NCBI RefSeq assembly: GCF_004010195.1
Contig: NC_057757.1
Coordinates: 6,790,142 to 6,854,141 of the forward strand
Origin: Chiloscyllium plagiosum
Lineage: Eukaryota
Reading direction: 5' to 3'
DNA length: 64,000 bases
Positions 36,726-48,535 of the stretch are shown here, piece after piece (the stretch's first letter is position 1; each line of letters opens with the position of its first letter). The notes under the pieces are model-generated. The model did not search any database, was not told where the DNA came from, and saw only the letters and a program-made list of their open reading frames with translations. Position numbers and translations under genes: made by a program.

Positions 36726-39700
36726 TGTGTTACAGACTAAACCAAACCCCCTTAAAATATATGACCCTAACATTTTCTTATTTTAAAGTTAAGTGTAAGG
36801 CATTGTGTTCGAGATGCAATTCAATTGATCAAACTATTTGACTTTAAGCAAAACACACTTCATGTTTGTATTACAGTTAAGATTCAGACAAAATAAAAAG
36901 AAAAGAATTGGTTCAAGTGTAACTCTATCAAAATGCTTAAAAAAACTAACATATAAATTAACTACTAATCAAATGTTCCCATATTGCAGCATCCCATACA
37001 CACACCCTTGGTAAAGGCAACTTCAGTAAGATAGGTTGTCACACATGCAAATGTAGTAAAAGGAAGGAAACCCCAGCTTTTAGCTGTAACAGAGAGAGGA
37101 ATAAGAGTTTCCTCATCCAGCTTCAAGACCCCAGCAAAAACTAAAAAATCCTGTATTAGTGGAAGCTTGACTCCACCCATCCAGGCTGCTACTATTGTTC
37201 CAACTTAAAGAAATACCAAAGGCCTCATAAGTTTGTTTTATTGGTGATGAAGCAGACAGTGCATCTCCTCCGTCTCAACCTTTTTTTACAAAGAAAAGGC
37301 AAAGTACACCTGTTGAACCCATAATATTATCACCTTCCGCCCTTAAAAACAAACAAACCGTCAATATACAAAGAAGGCCTCATTTTCAAAAGCCCGTTAG
37401 TCTTACACTATTAGACCACTACAATATGCTAACATTGCATTGAATCTAAGCATGCAAAGAAAAATCGCTAATACACGGCAAAACAGTCAGTTCTTTCCTG
37501 ATACTGAATACCTCAGTCTTTCTTCATCGAATTAATAATAACATATTGGCAATTCCCATCCTGCCACAGGTATAATTTTTAATGGAATGGCTGCAGTAAT
37601 AAGCTCCATTTGAACAGTCTGGAATTTTTATCCATAGATTTTCCAATACTTTTAATAGGTTATAATCAGTATACACATGTATTTCAGACATATTAGTGGC
37701 AATATAAATGTTGAAAACAAATTGCAGGTCATTGTGGAATATTTCTGTTGGTGATTATTCGATTGTCTGGAAAAAGCCCCGTAGGTTCTATCTTCTCATC
37801 ATCTTCTTGTAAGTGTGCAGCACCGGACACCCACAGCATTCACCTCCACATCCACCTTGCAAGGCTTTGAGTAATTAAGTGGATTAGCGGTTAACAGCTT
37901 TCAGGCTATAAAATACCTTCTGACAGTCCTCCATTCATTGACATTTTCTGCACTTTTTCTATAAGTCAGTCAGTGTCTCAACCACTCTTCTCAAATTCGG
38001 TACAAACTACAGCTAAAACCCACTCGATCCCAGGAATTGCAATATTGCCGTTTTCATTGATGGTGTGGGAAACTCCACAATGACCTTTGTTTTCAAATCC
38101 CATTATAGCATCTGTCCATGTCCAATAACATGGACCAGGAATGTGACTTAGGTTTTTGTGAACTCACCCTTAGCCAGGCTTATCACCAAGTCTGCTTCCT
38201 GAAGTTCATCAACAATTCTGATCGATGCTGTTCCTCCCATATGTGTCTACAACTCACCAGCTCACCACACAATTGGGTGATCCAGAAAGGACTTTATTGG
38301 TTAGTCTTGAAGTGTGGCTAGCACATTCTTCATACCAAATGGCATGACATGAAACTGGTCCAGTCCATTCGGTGTCACGAAAGCTGAAATTGTCTTTGAT
38401 CCTTCAGATAAAGGTGCCTGCCAGAATCCACCGACTAAGTCCAAATTAGAAAGATCAGTTGCTTGTCTCACCTTCTCAATATAATCTTCCAAACATAGAA
38501 TAGGGTATGAATCAGACATTTTAAATGCTTTGACTTTGTGATAGTCCAAACATAATCGACAGGTGCCATCTGACTTTGGCACCATTACCATGGGTGAGCT
38601 CCAGTCACTGAAACCCATTTTAATTATATGGTTTTTCATGATGTGTTCAGTCTCTTTTTGAACCTTCTCCAAATTTAAAGGGTTAATTCCAAAAGGATGG
38701 TGCTTAATTTGGACAGCATTTCCTATATCTACATTATGTGCAATGTAGTACTTCCCAGTAATTTCTACATATCTCTGCATGCGATTGTAAGAAGTCTTTC
38801 AGGTCGTTTTGATTTTCTTCTGGAAGGTAACTCTATTATTTATCTCAAGTCTTGAAAACTTTCTCATTGTCGAATTTAATGTAAGCAATTTCCAATTCAG
38901 AATCCTCTGAAATTTGTTCCTCACTCTGTGTTGGAAACCAATAGCAAATTCTACTTTTGTTTTCCTTCCCTATTGAAACATCTTTTGAGTATATTCACGT
39001 GACACGTTCGGTGAGATTTCTTTCTCTCTGGCATTCTTATCAAATAATTCACCTCAATTCAATTTCCTTTTGAGTTGATAATTTCATTAAACCTTGCTTA
39101 CAAACGTTCACCTTTCAATGGAAGTTGCACTAACACTTTATTTCCAGTAGAAAAATTGAAAATTGTTGATATCTTGTTTGTTTCCTAAAATATAACATGC
39201 TGTGCTACTTTCAATGATGTCTAACAAACTTACCCACTCTATTTAATCTTTCCTTAAAATTTGACACATAATCCAAATATGTGGTCTCTGAAATCTGACT
39301 CAACAATTTCTCCTTAATTAATTCCTCTCACCTCATGCCCAAAAACTAATATAAATGGACTGAACTTGGTAAATTTATTTTGTGTATCCCACTTGCAAAA
39401 GCACCAATGGTATTCCTTTATCCCAATCCTCTGGATAGTCTCAAATCTGAGTACTCAACAAAGTCATTAAAGTTTGATGATACCGTTCTAAAGCTCCCTG
39501 CAAATCTGGATTTGAACTGTATTATTCCTAAGCTATCCATAACTTTCTGGAATAATTTTGATAATCATTTGACACTTTATCCAGTTATATTTCGAGTATA
39601 GTCCGTATCTAGTAAGACTCTTCAATAATCCTTTTAGCCATGATACAACACAATAGAAGGGCCTCGCGAAATCTAGTGGACAATTCATTATGCTCCACAA

Positions 39701-39805
39701 ATACAGATTCCTACTTTTTGTTTTAAGTCAGGGTCCTCCACAATCAATTAAGACCCTTGCAAAACCTTCCTAAAATACAGGAATGAGTATTGAAGGTGCT
39801 GTTTT
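36726..39805 (-). mobile_element. Gmr1-like Ty3/gypsy LTR retrotransposon remnant: integrase, RT, RNase H, PPT, 3' LTR
   Basis: On the minus strand the integrase core (FARVLIDCGGP..KTKSRNLYL..TRFREA, ~39800-39300) precedes RT (SDWSSPMVMVPKSDGTCRLCLDY..LDLVGGFWQ..FHVMPFGMKN, 38780-38301) and RNase H. PPT aagggcggaagg abuts the TG of the LTR at 37332-36726. Confidence 0.88.
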
Positions 39806-39809
39806 GTCA

Positions 39810-40482
39810 GCGCTTCATGGAAGTCGCCCAGCATTATGTAACCCAGCATGGTAACAAAATGTCTACACGGTAACCCTACAGCTCAGCCAGCTAACTAACT
39901 ACCTCATGGCACTTATATGGCAAGCCCAGTTCAATTCCTGGTCAATGCGAACACCAAGGATGTTAATAGTTGGTCCGACATGTTTTGGATATTTGTCCTG
40001 GTAAGTAGTTGGCAAAGTGTGGCTGTTCGTGTGCTACCATAATACCTAGTGGCCATAACAGCCTGGTCGTTAATCCTGATATGTGTTTCAAATAGGGTAG
40101 GATGGCCAGTGTGTTGGTAGGTACAGTGTCTTATTAGCATTGTCTGTTGGACAAGCATTGGTGGACGAAGCTGATGGGTCTCCTTTGTTAGCAATGACTT
40201 TGTGTAAGTGTTCTTGCTCTTCCTTCCTCTCCCTCATCTCCATACACACAGACCAAGAGGCCCATCAATTTGACTATGACAATGTAACCATTCTAGCTCA
40301 ATCCAATTCCAGACCCAGTGCACAAACCGTTGCAGACAAGACCTGGAAGTGACACTCACCCCATCAGACTGGACCCGCATAAAAGCCAAGTGGGACAGAA
40401 AACAGCACTTCATGGAAGTCACTCAGCATGGTAACAAAATGTCTACAAGGTAACCCTACAGTTCGGCCAGCTAACTAACTAC
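39810..40482. mobile_element. Rearranged Penelope/Poseidon fragments in both orientations, with a ~150-bp direct duplication
   Basis: 39810-39974 repeats at 40405-40554; GIY-YIG remnants (HQFDYDNVTILAQ). Confidence 0.7.
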
Positions 40483-41485
40483 CTCATGGCACTTATATGG
40501 CAAGTCCAGTTCAATTCCTGGTCAATGCGAACCCCAACGATGTTAATAGTTGGTGAGTCCATGATGGTCACGGAATTGAATGTTATGGGGCAATTGTTAG
40601 ATTGTGTCCAAATGGTGATGGTCATTGCTTGTGATTTGTGTGCCCTGAAAGTGATTTGCCGCTTGGCAGCCCAAACCTGGATAGTGTCCAGATGTTGTTG
40701 CATTTGAAAACGGATTACCTCAGTATCTGAGGACTTGCAACTGGTGTTTACTATTGTGCAATTATTGGCGAATCTCCCCACTTTCGATCTTATGATAGAA
40801 GTAAGGTCATTGATAAACAGCTGAAGATGGTTCAACCAAGGATACTCCCCTGAGGACCTCCTGCAGAGATGTCCTGTAGCTGAGATGACTGATCTCCAAC
40901 AACCACAACATTTTCCTGTGTAACAGGTATGACTGTAACCATTGGAGAATCCCCCCACCCCCGACACTTGACTCCTCTTCACTCCAAGTTTGCTGGGGTT
41001 TCTTGGGGCCACACTCGGTCACATGTGGCCTTAGTAGTCAGAATCACCTCACCTCTGGAATTCACTTAAGCTTGACATTGCAGTCTTTAAGTCTTTCAGG
41101 ACCATTAATTATCTTCTAACTAAATACTTTCAGTCTCTCTGCCGCCTAACTAGACTCCGTACAGAGTGACAGCAGTGTGTACCATCCAACAGATGCACTG
41201 CAGTAACTCATCGAAGTTGTTTTGACAACTAACTCATTTCTGAAAAAGTGTCACACCAGACTCAAAACACAATCTCTCTCTCCAAATGCTAGCAGACTTG
41301 CTGAGTTTCTCCAGCATTATCTGTGTTTGCTGTAAGTAATAACTCAATTTCTTTTATTACCAAATACGTTTTCTCAGGATACATGATTGTTAACAGAAAG
41401 GGGTCTTTCGCATTTCTCCTTTCGTTCAGATGACATCAAGCCACAGACATTTCAAAACAACTTCTTCTCTGTTGTTGCAATTTCA

Positions 41486-41534
41486 CCATTAATTTCCAAA
41501 CTCAAACCCATGGGAGCCTCACGTCAGGTATAAA
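41486..41534 (+). promoter_or_regulatory. Candidate proximal promoter of gene D: homeodomain site, O/E(EBF)-like site, CRE half-site, TATA box
   Basis: ccattaat 41486-41493, cccatgggag 41507-41516, acgtca 41521-41526, tataaa 41529-41534 (46 nt before the ATG). The region aligns with the upstream region of pseudogene C. Confidence 0.5.
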
Positions 41535-41574
41535 TGTCTCGCCCACTTCGTGTGGAGTAGTGAATCTTACCGAA

Positions 41575-41644
41575 ATGCATAGTGCACCGAAAGGTCTGCT
41601 CTTTGCCATTTATTATCCCATCCTTGCAGCTATCGGGGTGCCAG
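41575..41644 (+). CDS. GPR139-like class A GPCR, gene D, exon 1
   Basis: MHSAPKGLLFAIYYPILAAIGVP+G (70 nt); donor gtactg at 41645. Confidence 0.92.
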
Positions 41645-42156
41645 GTACTGGATTGGAATTTGTTGTATGTTTTGGAAGTCATTTTGATTTTAGCTGCCAC
41701 AAAACAAAGTTGCTGTGATCATTCGTTTGTTTTGTGTAACTTCTTCCTTTTCAGTGTTCATTATAATGTCGTTACTGGAAAGATATTTGCTTTGGACACG
41801 TTAATGTATCTCTTTAGCGATAATTCTACTTTTTGACAATATTATTGCTTTGGCTATTCTATCATTCCTCGCCTTTAACTGAATATTTTATTGGCTCATG
41901 CATAACAATTTGCCGCCTTTAACAGTGTTTCCTTTAAAATATCATGTAATATAATATTTCTAACAGTGAATTATGTAAGTTCTATTCAATTTTGCAATTT
42001 GTTTGAATTTATGCATGAAGTCATTCCTTCAAATGTTTCCTTTATCGTCCTTGAGAGTCATACTGCGGATATTGTTCCAGGGTTTGAGCCATCAATTTGA
42101 GTGAATGATAGCGACCAGCTACAAGAAAATGTGTATTTGTGTCACCTGTAATGTAG

Positions 42157-43036
42157 TGAGATGATGCTGTCACTTTAAGAGGTAATGTTGTCCTTTTTTT
42201 TGAAGAGGAATTGTAATGCAAAAGACGCAAACTTGCTACAGACAAGACTTAAATAAAGAACTTGTGAGGCCTTGGTTTTTTTTAAAAGTTGGAACAATAG
42301 AAGCAGCCTGAATTGGGTGTGACCCGCTCTCACAGACCAGGCTTCCTAGCAGCTTTAAGCAGCAGAAGTTATTGGGGTGTAAAAGGATTTGGGAGCTTCA
42401 GTGAATGTCTCCTCACTGCTATTCTCTCTGAACTTTTTGGTAATTTTGTTTTTCTTCCTGGATTTGAGAACTGCATTAAAGACTGTCTGAATTTGCCTTT
42501 TTGCCAAGGGGCGTGTTTATGGGATGTCACTACATTGGAATTGTTCATTAGGAATAAGTACTGTAGTTTTTGTTCAGTTAGGTTTACCAATGCAGCTAAA
42601 GTACTCAAAATTCCACTTTCTTCTGTTTGTATTTTAACTATTCATTTTAAACGAATAATCTTTTGCTTAATGTCGAGTAGTTTAACCAGTCAAATTGCAT
42701 CTATGATGTGGAGGTGCCGTTGTTGAACTGGGATGGACAAAGTCAAAATTCACACGACACCAGGTTATAGTCCAACAGCAACACAGGGTTTATAGGCAGA
42801 GATCAAAGGCTGAGACATCAAAATCCTGTACTCCACTCACACCAATGTATTAGGTAAGTCTCCTCAGATGACCAAGAGTGATAGATGATGTTTATAAAGT
42901 CAATGTCAGTGCTGTGCTGTCATGACAATCAGGCAGAGCGATAGGAATATACACTTCATATCTACCTTTAAACTAAGAGTTGGGGTCCAGGCTATCTTCT
43001 ACAAGTAATTTAGGGGGTCATTTCTGATGCATAACA
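42157..43036 (+). mobile_element. Solo LTR of the Gmr1-like family, interrupted by a ~240-bp insert, in the gene D intron
   Basis: TG...CA ends; reverse-complement similarity to 5512-6148; flanks gtag and atag. Confidence 0.7.
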
Positions 43037-44258
43037 ATAGACTGACAAGTCATCAAATAGATTGTTGAACACTTTCATGGGAAAGAAAAACTGGTCAATT
43101 GATAATTGAGTTCGCAAGTAGTGTCTTCAATGCAGAGAGACTGTAGGAGAACGGCTGGCCTTATACGACTCCCAACAGTTAGCACCCAGTCAGCTGAAGA
43201 CACCCCGACCAGGATTTGGAGGGTGGGGCTGAGGGGGATGAGGGGTAAGGTGGGCAGAGCATGTCAGAGATGCACATGAGAAACTCCAAAGACAATTCTG
43301 AGGAAAACTAGCGAGAGACAATATAAGCTGGTCCAACCAGTGATACCTACATTCCACCAATGTATAGGAAAAGTGTGGTAAAATGTAAGTTTCTCAAATG
43401 CACGTGTTGATTTTATAATATAACTCTACTGTAGAAGAGGTCTGCACCAATAAAGGTTATTCTAAATCTACATTCATCTCACTTTCAAGCCCATAGCCTT
43501 GAACGTTATACCATCATAAGGCTCATCCACATCGTTTGTTTGAATGGTGTGAGGTTTGCCATCTCGGCGATGCTCACAGGCAGAACATTCCAGACCTTAC
43601 TACCCTCTGGTGAAAGAAAATTGTCCTCAGAACCTCTAGAAATCTTCTGCCTTTTGTGACAGGCTTACGTGCTGGATTAGACTGGAAAGGTATTGAATGT
43701 ATTGATTGTATTGTTATTAGTTTGCTGCAATGAAAGGGTAGCTGTATCTTGATGTTACGATCAGTATTATCCATGCAATATCAAATGCCTCAGATGAAGT
43801 CACAATATTCAGTGGTTAAAATTTCTCGGCTGTATCTAACAAATGACTCCAGCAAACTGATGTTGTTTTGTAACAATTTTTTAAAAGTAAGTGCGTGCAT
43901 ATGGTGAAAATGCATTGTGTCTGATCACTTTCTTCATAGGTATTTTGCTCTCTCCATGCCACAAACTGCTGGGTTTCCATTCTCAGTCTCTAACTCCATT
44001 TGTGATTCAGTGTCAGCTTGATCTTCAAAATGACCTGTGACTGGTAGTTGCTCAGTGAAGATGCTGAGGTCACATTGAGGCAATGCTCTGGATTTTCCTG
44101 CCTCAATCTTTTCTGAAGAAGCTATAGTAATGTGGCATCTTTCCTTCATGTATTCAAAGGTAGTTGTTCAATTTGCATGATTGACTGAGGAAATATCTTA
44201 GCTGGAAATGTGTTGCTGGAAAAGCGCAGCAGGTCAGGCAGCATCCAGGGAACAGGAG

Positions 44259-44294
44259 AATCGACGTTTCGGGCATTAGCCCTTCTTCAGGAAT
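44259..44294 (-). ncRNA. Minimal hammerhead ribozyme motif in a pLTR
   Basis: Reverse complement reads attc-CUGAAGA-a-GGGC uaau GCCC-GAAA-CGUC-gauu. Confidence 0.72.
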
Positions 44295-44747
44295 GAGGAA
44301 AGTTTGTCCAGCAGGCTAAGATAAAAGATAGGGAGGAGGGACTTGGGGGAGGGGCGTCAGAAATGTGTCCCAGAGGTGTTCTCTGAAACGCTCCGCAAGT
44401 AGGCAGCCTGTCTCCCCAATATAGATGTGGCCTCCTCTATATTGGGGAGACAGGCCGNNNNNNNNNNNNNNNNNNNNNNNNNNNNNNNNNNNNNNNNNNN
44501 NNNNNNNNNNNNNNNNNNNNNNNNNNNNNNNNNNNNNNNNNNNNNNNNNNNNNNNNNNNNNNNNNNNNNNNNNNNNNNNNNNNNNNNNNNNNNNNNNNNN
44601 NNNNNNNNNNNNNNNNNNNNNNNNNNNNNNNNNNNNNNNNNCTATCACCCTCACCTTGACCTTTTTCCACCTATCACATTTCCGACGCCCCTCCCCCAAG
44701 TCCCTCCTCCCTATCTTTTATCTTAAGCCTGCTGGCACACTTTCCTC

Positions 44748-44783
44748 ATTCCTGAAGAAGGGCTAATGCCCGAAACGTCGATT
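44748..44783 (+). ncRNA. Minimal hammerhead ribozyme motif in a pLTR
   Basis: attc-CUGAAGA-a-GGGC uaau GCCC-GAAA-CGUC-gauu, on the sense strand of the gene D intron. Confidence 0.72.
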
Positions 44784-45788
44784 CTCCTGTTCCCTGGATG
44801 CTGCCTGACCTGCTGCGCTTTTCCAGCAACACATTTCCAGCTCTGATCTCCAGCATCTGCAGACCTCACTTTCTCCTTGAGGAAATATCTTATCCTGATT
44901 CTGCTGTGCAACTCCAGTGGGAGTGCTGCTTACATGGTATGTCTTTATCTGAGTGAATTAACACTAAAGTTGCCATTTCCCACCTAGATCATAATGCTGC
45001 TCCCTCATTACAGAGAAATGATTGGTGGTTGTTTATCCTGGGGGCCATCATACTTCAGGGAAGGGGAGATGTTGATAAGGAGCGACCTCCATGGTAACCT
45101 CAGCCAGTGCAGCATTGAACCCACACTATTACCATTAAATGGCACTGCATCCCAGTCAACCAACCAACTGAGTGAACCAACCCCTATCTGAACAAAACCT
45201 CATAACCTGCATGTTACTGCATCTAACTGAACATTACAGCTGGGAATCAAAGGTATTGGTGAAAATTGATCTTCAGTATTCACCAACAGTACCAATGCAA
45301 ACTCAGAAAACCATAATCTTACCCAATTGTGTGATACATTTCTGTTTAACAGACTAAATAATGTGAATAATAATATCGCAATTTAATTGGTGTGAGTGAA
45401 ATTGTCAGATTCAATTTTAAATGATTTTACTACATTTTAAATACTAAGTTAATGTTCTTTTAACGATGATAATTCTGACTTAATTGCTGCAATGCCCTTA
45501 CTTTCTTCTCCATAATCTTCACATACAATATGAATAATATTATATTATTTTACATTTTGATAACTATACAGTATGCTTTTGTGTCTGGTTTAATGTTTTG
45601 ACTGAAAAATTACTGATGACAAAAGAGAAAATTGGTTTCAGCATCAAGTGCCAGATCTGAAAAGTTCACACAAAATTTGAAAACAAAACTTTGTTAAGGC
45701 AGTCAAGTATTCTGGTGCAGTTCGTGCTTTCTGTCTCATTACTCCATTTCCCTCATCTTCTGGATTGTACTTCTTTTCCATATTGCAG

Positions 45789-46699
45789 CTAACGTGGCAG
45801 TGATTGTGATCCTATCAAGAGGAAGATGCGGTCTCACCAGATGTATCACTTACTACCTCGTATTCATGGCAGTAACAGACCTGCTGGTCATTATTACAGC
45901 TGTAATATTGAACCGTATTGTTGGCATTTATTTCCCATTCAGCGTCATGTACATCACCCCAGTCTGTAATGTTAATTTTGTTCTAATGGCTGGAAGCAGA
46001 GATTGTTCTGTCTGGGCAACTGTCGCATTCACTATTGATAGGTTTGTAGCCATTTCTTGCCTGAAATTGAAGACAAGATATTGCACAGAGAAAATAGCAG
46101 CTGTAGTTATAGGGGCAGTTTGTGGAATGAGCTGTATCAAAAATACATTCTGGTATTTCATACATGAACCATTATATACAATTGGTAATATACCATGGCA
46201 TTGCAAAATTAAGTCTATATTTTATACCTCACCTGCATGGGCTGCATTTGATTGGATCTATCGCATTTCAACACCTTGTCTCCCATTTGTTTTGCTTTTA
46301 TTGCTCAATGTTGTGACTGTCAGACAAATTCTAAAGGCCGTGCGAACTCGCAAAAGACTCCTTGTTGGTAAACAGGCGGAAAATCAGAATGACATGGAGG
46401 TCAGGAACCGGAGAAAGTCCATCATCCTGCTCTTCTGTATCTCAGGCAGTTTCCTCCTGTTATGGATGCTCTATGTTTTAACATTTCTCTACGTCCGAAT
46501 TGCAAAAGTGACTTATTTCTCGGGTTTCAATTATAAAGAGTCCAATTTCAATCTGGAAGAAAGTGGCTATATGCTTCAGATTTTAAGTTCCTGCATAAAC
46601 CCATTTATTTATGCAGGCACCCAGAGTAAGTTCAGAAATGAGTTAAGAAGTGGCATTAAATTTTCCATCAACTTTGTTGCGAAGATTTTTAACTTTTGA
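45789..46699 (+). CDS. GPR139-like class A GPCR, gene D, exon 2 (spliced CDS 981 nt, 326 aa, intact)
   Basis: Acceptor tattgcag|ct, phase 1. GVPAN, RGRCGLTRC, YLVFMAVTDL, SVWATVAFTIDRFVAISC, PWHC, RNRRKS, SSCINPFIY (NPxxY), FRNELR. AATAAA motifs follow the stop at 46705 and 46713. Confidence 0.95.
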
Positions 46700-46888
46700 T
46701 GAAAAATAAACTAATAAAGATGAGTCATATAATCTTGTACCTGGCACAATAAAGAGACTGTGTTGTCTAAAGCGGCCTGATTTACATATGTACAACTTAA
46801 GAAGGTTTGTACTTACATACACAATCTCATTCAGGGTTTAACTCTAAAGACACACAGATACACACACAATTTAATCTTCACCTCCCCC

Positions 46889-47300
46889 GCTGAGTGACAA
46901 TAGAACCTCAATCACAGGGATACAATCTCACTCTCCCCTCCTTCAGCTGGGTGACAATACAACCTCAATCACAGGGATACAATCTCACTTTCCTCTCCCC
47001 CGCTGGGTGACAATATAAACTCAATCACAGGGATACAATCTCACTCCCCCCTCCTTCAGCTGGGTGACAATACAACCTCAATCACAGGGATACAATCTCA
47101 CTTTCCCCTCCCTCAGCTGGGTGACAATATAACCTCAATCACAGGGATACAATCTCATTTTCCTCTCCCCCGCTGAGTGACAATATAACCACAATCACAG
47201 GGATACAATCTCACTTTCCTCTCCCCTGCTGGGTGACAAGACAACCTCAATCACAGGGATACAATCTCACTTTCCCCTTCCTCAGGTGGGTGACAATGAC
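46889..47300. repeat. 56-57-bp minisatellite, ~7 copies
   Basis: Units gctgggtgacaatacaacctcaatcacagggatacaatctcactttcc.. start at 46889, 46946, 47002, 47059, 47116, 47172, 47228 and 47285. Confidence 0.95.
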
Positions 47301-47324
47301 AATCATCATGTTTCCACCTGGGCC

Positions 47325-48535
47325 TTTGTGACCTTGTTATAACACAGTCAGGAAAAATCCCAGGGTATACTTCCTGTAACACCTGACCTTGCTCCACGCA
47401 GTCAGGAAAAATCCCAGGATGTTCTTCCTGAAACACCTCAGTTGCCGGATGTTCCACTGGCCTTTCAACCATGGTCGGCACCATTCCCACCTGTGATCCA
47501 ACTATCTCATTCCCAAGGATAAACTGCGTTCCTGAAATGGGGAATGTTTCTATCATTTCGCCACTTAACAAATTTTCACCAGACTCTCCAATCTCAATTG
47601 AAAGAATGGAACAATGCACTTCTCAACATGAACTGCACACATTGCCATCATATTTTGGCCGTACTCCTCATGAACTATATTTCTCCTGTCAATTGATTTA
47701 CTCCTGATATTTCTTAAAATCCAGATTTCTATAAGAACTCCTCCTGGCATACATGAGTAAACCTTGCTCAAGCAAGTCAATTATTTAAGGAGATTTGGCT
47801 CTTTCTTCTCAACCAGCCTCTGACTGTATATCCTTTTGCAGCTTTCCACTGTCCACTGTGCTTTCTTTAGCACTTCAACAAGACTCACTTGCTTACCCTG
47901 TTTGCCCAGAACTGTCTTCCCAGTGCTTAACCACCAGCACTGTGACTTCAGGTGGTAAACTTCATTACAGTGAGAACACTTAAGATTTTTTATTTCTCTT
48001 TCCCTCTCATAAGTTTCCATCTTACCCTGTGGTAAACTATCTTGAAGATCATTAATGAGATCACCTTTTCCCTTACTATTTGAGGATTTCTCTTTTCTCC
48101 AGTTTCTATCCCACACAGATTGGAATTGATGTTAAAAGCCAAACTTTGATTTCTGAACTAACTCATAATCAGCTACCATTTCTGTTGTTAATCCTGCTGT
48201 CTTCACTCTCTGCTCTTTCACGTGAGTTCTCACTACTTCAGGAAATGAATTTTTGAACTCCTCTAAAATAGTTGTTTCTCTAAGAACGTCAGTCATATTT
48301 TGGATTGGTTTTCAATGCCCTTATCCATCTATAGTAACACATTTCTTTGATGCTTTCAAAATCTGTGTACATTTAACCTGGTTCCCACCACAGATTCCTG
48401 AAACATTGCCTGTAGGCTTCTGGTACAGTCCATAAGCACTTAAATGGCATGTTTTACCTTGTGATTCGCCCCAGATAACTCCTCTGATAGTGATGCAAAT
48501 ACCTCACCAGCGTTACCTTGCAACTTTGTTTCAAT
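47325..48535 (-). mobile_element. Gmr1-like gag-protease remnant
   Basis: CCHC zinc knuckle CSHCNEVYHLKSQC; degenerate protease motif ILRNIRS; FILGNEIVG...FPDCVITRSQ. Confidence 0.78.

Larger units (their letters stand above)
44201..44877. mobile_element. Young Penelope-like insertion with inverted pLTRs and a perfect 15-bp TSD
   Basis: TSD tgaggaaatatctta at 44186-44200 and 44878-44892; 44201-44367 is the near-exact reverse complement of ~44676-44841; gap at 44458-44641. Confidence 0.9.
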
